A stretch of 35,992 bases of DNA from positions 1 through 35,992 of IMG/VR virus record IMGVR_UViG_3300040770_000140. The stretch is one strand, 5' to 3'. Shown here piece by piece: positions 34,042 through 35,992 of the stretch. A program made the translations under genes and the position numbers. This stretch comes from a virus. Under the pieces are notes generated by a model. The model saw nothing but the letters and a program-made list of their open reading frames with translations. It did no database searches and was not told where the DNA came from. Position 1 is the stretch's first letter, and every line of letters begins with the position of its first letter.

Positions 34042-34260
34042 ATGGAAAATTCAGCGGTTAAAATTGAAAATGTAATGCTTAAAAAGGTCAATGAAATAGC
34101 AAGAAACGAAACTTTCACGGCCATAAAAAAAGTAAATAAAGGGAATAATAGGCGCGTTCAGTTAGTAATGGCCGGCGACGAATTTAACGTTTGGATTTCG
34201 CCGACGACTTACAAGTTCTTTACCGACGACAATAACGGAACTTGGTATTCTTTTAAATAA
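34042..34260 (+). CDS. Hypothetical protein (72 aa)
   Basis: ORF bracketed by a -7 box and a hairpin terminator. Confidence 0.5.
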   Translation: MENSAVKIENVMLKKVNEIARNETFTAIKKVNKGNNRRVQLVMAGDEFNVWISPTTYKFFTDDNNGTWYSFK

Positions 34261-34273
34261 CAAATAATTAACC

Positions 34274-34293
34274 AAGCGCCTTCGGGCGCTTTT
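34274..34293 (+). terminator. Intrinsic terminator with a UUCG tetraloop
   Basis: aagcgcc-ttcg-ggcgctt followed by a short T run. Confidence 0.65.
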
Positions 34294-34306
34294 ATACCTT
34301 AAAATT

Positions 34307-34756
34307 ATGGCAACTAAAGCAAAATTGACAAACCACATTTCGAAAATATTGGCCGACGCTGGGCGGTCTTCAGACTACAATAACAGAAGCTTTTTCACGA
34401 AAAGCCTGAATTCAGTTTTAGACAAAGGCCTTGTAAAAATAGAAATTCAGCAAGTCGGTAAGATATGGCAAAACGCAAAAGTTGACCATAATTTTAATTT
34501 GATAATAACAGGCTTCGGACGTATCGCAAGAATTTATATTCAGGGCAAAATGGAACCGCGCGAAATTTTGCTTAAGGTCGGCGGATTCTTAAATAGCGAA
34601 CACATAAAAAAGCAAATAGGTATTTCTTTAACTGTCGGTTGTTCTTGTGAGCGTTGTAACGGTAACGGTATTATTAAGCAATTCCATTACTATTGCGCTG
34701 GTATATGCTTTGAATGTTTCGGTTCCGGCCGTTCAATTACTACAAAAACAATATAA
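34307..34756 (+). CDS. Hypothetical protein with a C-terminal DnaJ-type zinc finger (two CxxCxGxG units)
   Basis: CSCERCNGNG ... CFECFGSG near the C-terminus. Confidence 0.55.
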   Translation: MATKAKLTNHISKILADAGRSSDYNNRSFFTKSLNSVLDKGLVKIEIQQVGKIWQNAKVDHNFNLIITGFGRIARIYIQGKMEPREILLKVGGFLNSEHIKKQIGISLTVGCSCERCNGNGIIKQFHYYCAGICFECFGSGRSITTKTI

Positions 34757-34765
34757 ACTTAAACC

Positions 34766-34783
34766 GCGCCTTCGGGCGCTTTC
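34766..34783 (+). terminator. UUCG-tetraloop hairpin (weak terminator) sharing a 17-mer with 34276-34292
   Basis: gcgcc-ttcg-ggcgc then ttt. The T tract is poor. Confidence 0.4.
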
Positions 34784-34888
34784 AAAACCCCAAAAAATGA
34801 ACAAACTTTTTATTAAATTCTACGACACTATTTCAAAATTCCTTTTCGGCGGCGTTAATTGTAATCCTAAAGGCTAAAACCCCAAATT

Positions 34889-35212
34889 ATGAAAATACAA
34901 AATTTTACTTTCGACCAAATTAAGACCATTTTAGAGAAGACACGCGAAGCAATTTTCGACGTTCAAGGTCAGAACTTCGGCCAAGTCGACAATATTACTA
35001 TTTACGTACCGGAATATTTTATTTTCGTTCTTCGTGAATTTCACGTTTCCACGGTTCGAAACGTCGTTTATGTCAGCGAATTGCCTTTTCACGAAAATGG
35101 AAGCTTTTACGGCGTTAAAAAAATGTTCCCTTCGCCATATAATCAAATAATAGTTTCGACCACTACAGCGCCACTAGAAAACCCTTCACTTACAAAAATT
35201 ATACAACTATGA
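34889..35212 (+). CDS. Hypothetical protein (107 aa)
   Basis: ORF with an ATGA overlap on the downstream small ORF. Confidence 0.5.
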   Translation: MKIQNFTFDQIKTILEKTREAIFDVQGQNFGQVDNITIYVPEYFIFVLREFHVSTVRNVVYVSELPFHENGSFYGVKKMFPSPYNQIIVSTTTAPLENPSLTKIIQL

Positions 35213-35385
35213 AAAATCAAAACACAAAGCCGGACTTGTTTAGTACTTGGCCGGTATTGGAACTGAAGAAAAGACTTTCATTCGAAAACAAACTTCGCCT
35301 TCTTTTTGGCGCGGCGGTTCTGACGGTCTTCGTTATGGCTGGCGTTTTTTACGTGGCCTATTTAATAGTTGAATTTATATGCTAA
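35209..35385 (+). CDS. Small membrane protein (58 aa). It is not in the ORF track
   Basis: Hand translation: MKNQNTKPDLFSTWPVLELKKRLSFENKLRLLFGAAVLTVFVMAGVFYVAYLIVEFIC, with one TM segment. Coupled on both sides by ATGA and ATGCTAA overlaps. Confidence 0.4.
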   Translation: MKNQNTKPDLFSTWPVLELKKRLSFENKLRLLFGAAVLTVFVMAGVFYVAYLIVEFIC

Positions 35386-35992
35386 AATTTCAATTCTATC
35401 CAGCGCGCGTTAACTCAAAAAAGCCGCTTGGCGAAGTCACGCTTTTCGAATTCCTGAAGGCGAACCAAAACCCGAACGACCAAATTAAGACCGTTTTCGC
35501 GCAAATTGCACAAGCTGAAGCGGTCGGCGATATGAAGGCAAAGGCCGAATTAAAACAGTCGTTTTTATATTACTTTACGCCTTGCGTTTGGACGGACGGC
35601 CAAGGTCGCGGCTATAGCAATATTCTGACCTTTACCGGCCTGTTAGTTTTAGACTTCGACCATATCGAAAACGCTTCAGAATTCAAGTATTACCTTTTCA
35701 ACGAATACGACTGTATTCTTGCCGGCTGGCTTTCGCCTTCCAAAAAAGGCGTTAAGTTCTTGGTTAAAATTCCGGTCGTTAGTTCTGTCGATGAATTCAA
35801 AACTTACTTTTATGGTATCGCTATTGAAATGGAAAAATACAAAGGTTTCGACGGTACCGGCCAAAACGCAATTTTGCCGCTTTTCCTATCTTATGACCCT
35901 GATTTATTATACAGGGAACAGCCGACGACTTGGAACCGCCGCGGTAAAATGATGAACGCCTTTGTAGTTTCAGCGGTTCCGGTCGTTCCGGT
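35379..35992 (+). CDS. DNA primase, BT4734-like / VirE N-terminal domain family. This is the 5' part; it continues across the circular junction into 1..329
   Basis: ATG at 35379 overlaps the stop of the upstream small ORF (ATGCTAA). The frame is open to the window end. Translation: MLKFQFYPARVNSKKPLGEVTLFEFLK..GLLVLDFDHIEN..AGWLSPSKKGVKFLVKIP. The hhhhDFD and SPSxxGxK motifs match my memory of the PF08800-type primase domain. It is absent from the ORF track because it has no stop inside the window. Confidence 0.7.
   Translation, partial: MLKFQFYPARVNSKKPLGEVTLFEFLKANQNPNDQIKTVFAQIAQAEAVGDMKAKAELKQSFLYYFTPCVWTDGQGRGYSNILTFTGLLVLDFDHIENASEFKYYLFNEYDCILAGWLSPSKKGVKFLVKIPVVSSVDEFKTYFYGIAIEMEKYKGFDGTGQNAILPLFLSYDPDLLYREQPTTWNRRGKMMNAFVVSAVPVVP
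35938..35992. repeat. Terminal direct repeat copy B (identical to 1-55)
   Basis: Direct reading of both ends of the window. Confidence 0.9.

Noticed and set aside
34647-34877. 76-aa ORF overlapping the end of the zinc-finger gene and reading through the 34766 hairpin. Its last 26 codons could also stand alone from ATG 34797
   Set aside because: The long form needs a non-ATG start inside another gene and translates a terminator hairpin. The 26-aa form (MNKLFIKFYDTISKFLFGGVNCNPKG) is too short to support without conservation data.
1-35992. Stop-codon reassignment, as in some Bacteroidota phages
   Set aside because: TAA, TAG (for example 5396-5398 and 10287-10289) and TGA (for example 7479-7481, 26803-26805 and 35210-35212) all end well-supported genes at compact, coupled boundaries. 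No long gene is interrupted by in-frame stops.

Overview
This window appears to be one complete, circularly closed genome of a tailed dsDNA phage. The first 55 nt are identical to the last 55 nt, giving a unit length of 35937 bp, and one gene runs across that junction. All function calls rest on motifs I recognise by eye plus gene order; no searches were run.

Layout:
- 35379 -> wrap -> 1829: BT4734/VirE-type primase, then a P-loop VirE-like helicase.
- 1831-2120: non-coding field dense in GGAACA iterons around an AT-rich core; putative origin.
- 2172-4991: VRR-NUC nuclease, TerS and TerL.
- 5036-13434: Mu-like head module. It holds a portal, a MuF protein with a C-terminal HExxH extension, a gpG-like protein, a ClpP-type protease-scaffold fusion and the major capsid protein. 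A two-gene cassette on the opposite strand (10386-11062) interrupts it.
- 13515-25924: contractile-tail and baseplate module. It holds sheath, tube, a G/GT chaperone with an in-phase A_AAA_AAG -1 slippery site, tape measure, hub, spike, a 938-aa fibre and a tail-collar fibre.
- 25926-27486: lysis cassette, an Amidase_3 endolysin plus three membrane proteins.
- 27483-30226: leftward recombination block with an SMC/Rad50-like ATPase and an SSB-like protein.
- 30347-35385: rightward replication and early block with an SF2 helicase, a PolB-exo-like exonuclease, an HNH-like protein and many small ORFs.

A Bacteroidota host is inferred from three things: perfect TAnnTTTG -7 boxes in intergenic gaps, no obvious Shine-Dalgarno sequences, and the BT4734/VirE primase type. 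I saw no integrase, repressor, transposase, DNA polymerase, tRNA or CRISPR array.

Best candidates for something new:
- the MuF-HExxH fusion with a coupled small acidic ORF, which has a polymorphic-toxin-like architecture;
- the reverse-strand HTH plus unknown gene inside the head module;
- the lysis cassette, with an out-of-frame overlapping membrane-protein pair that lacks a lipobox;
- the iteron/palindrome origin field;
- the early region of small ORFs insulated by hairpins.
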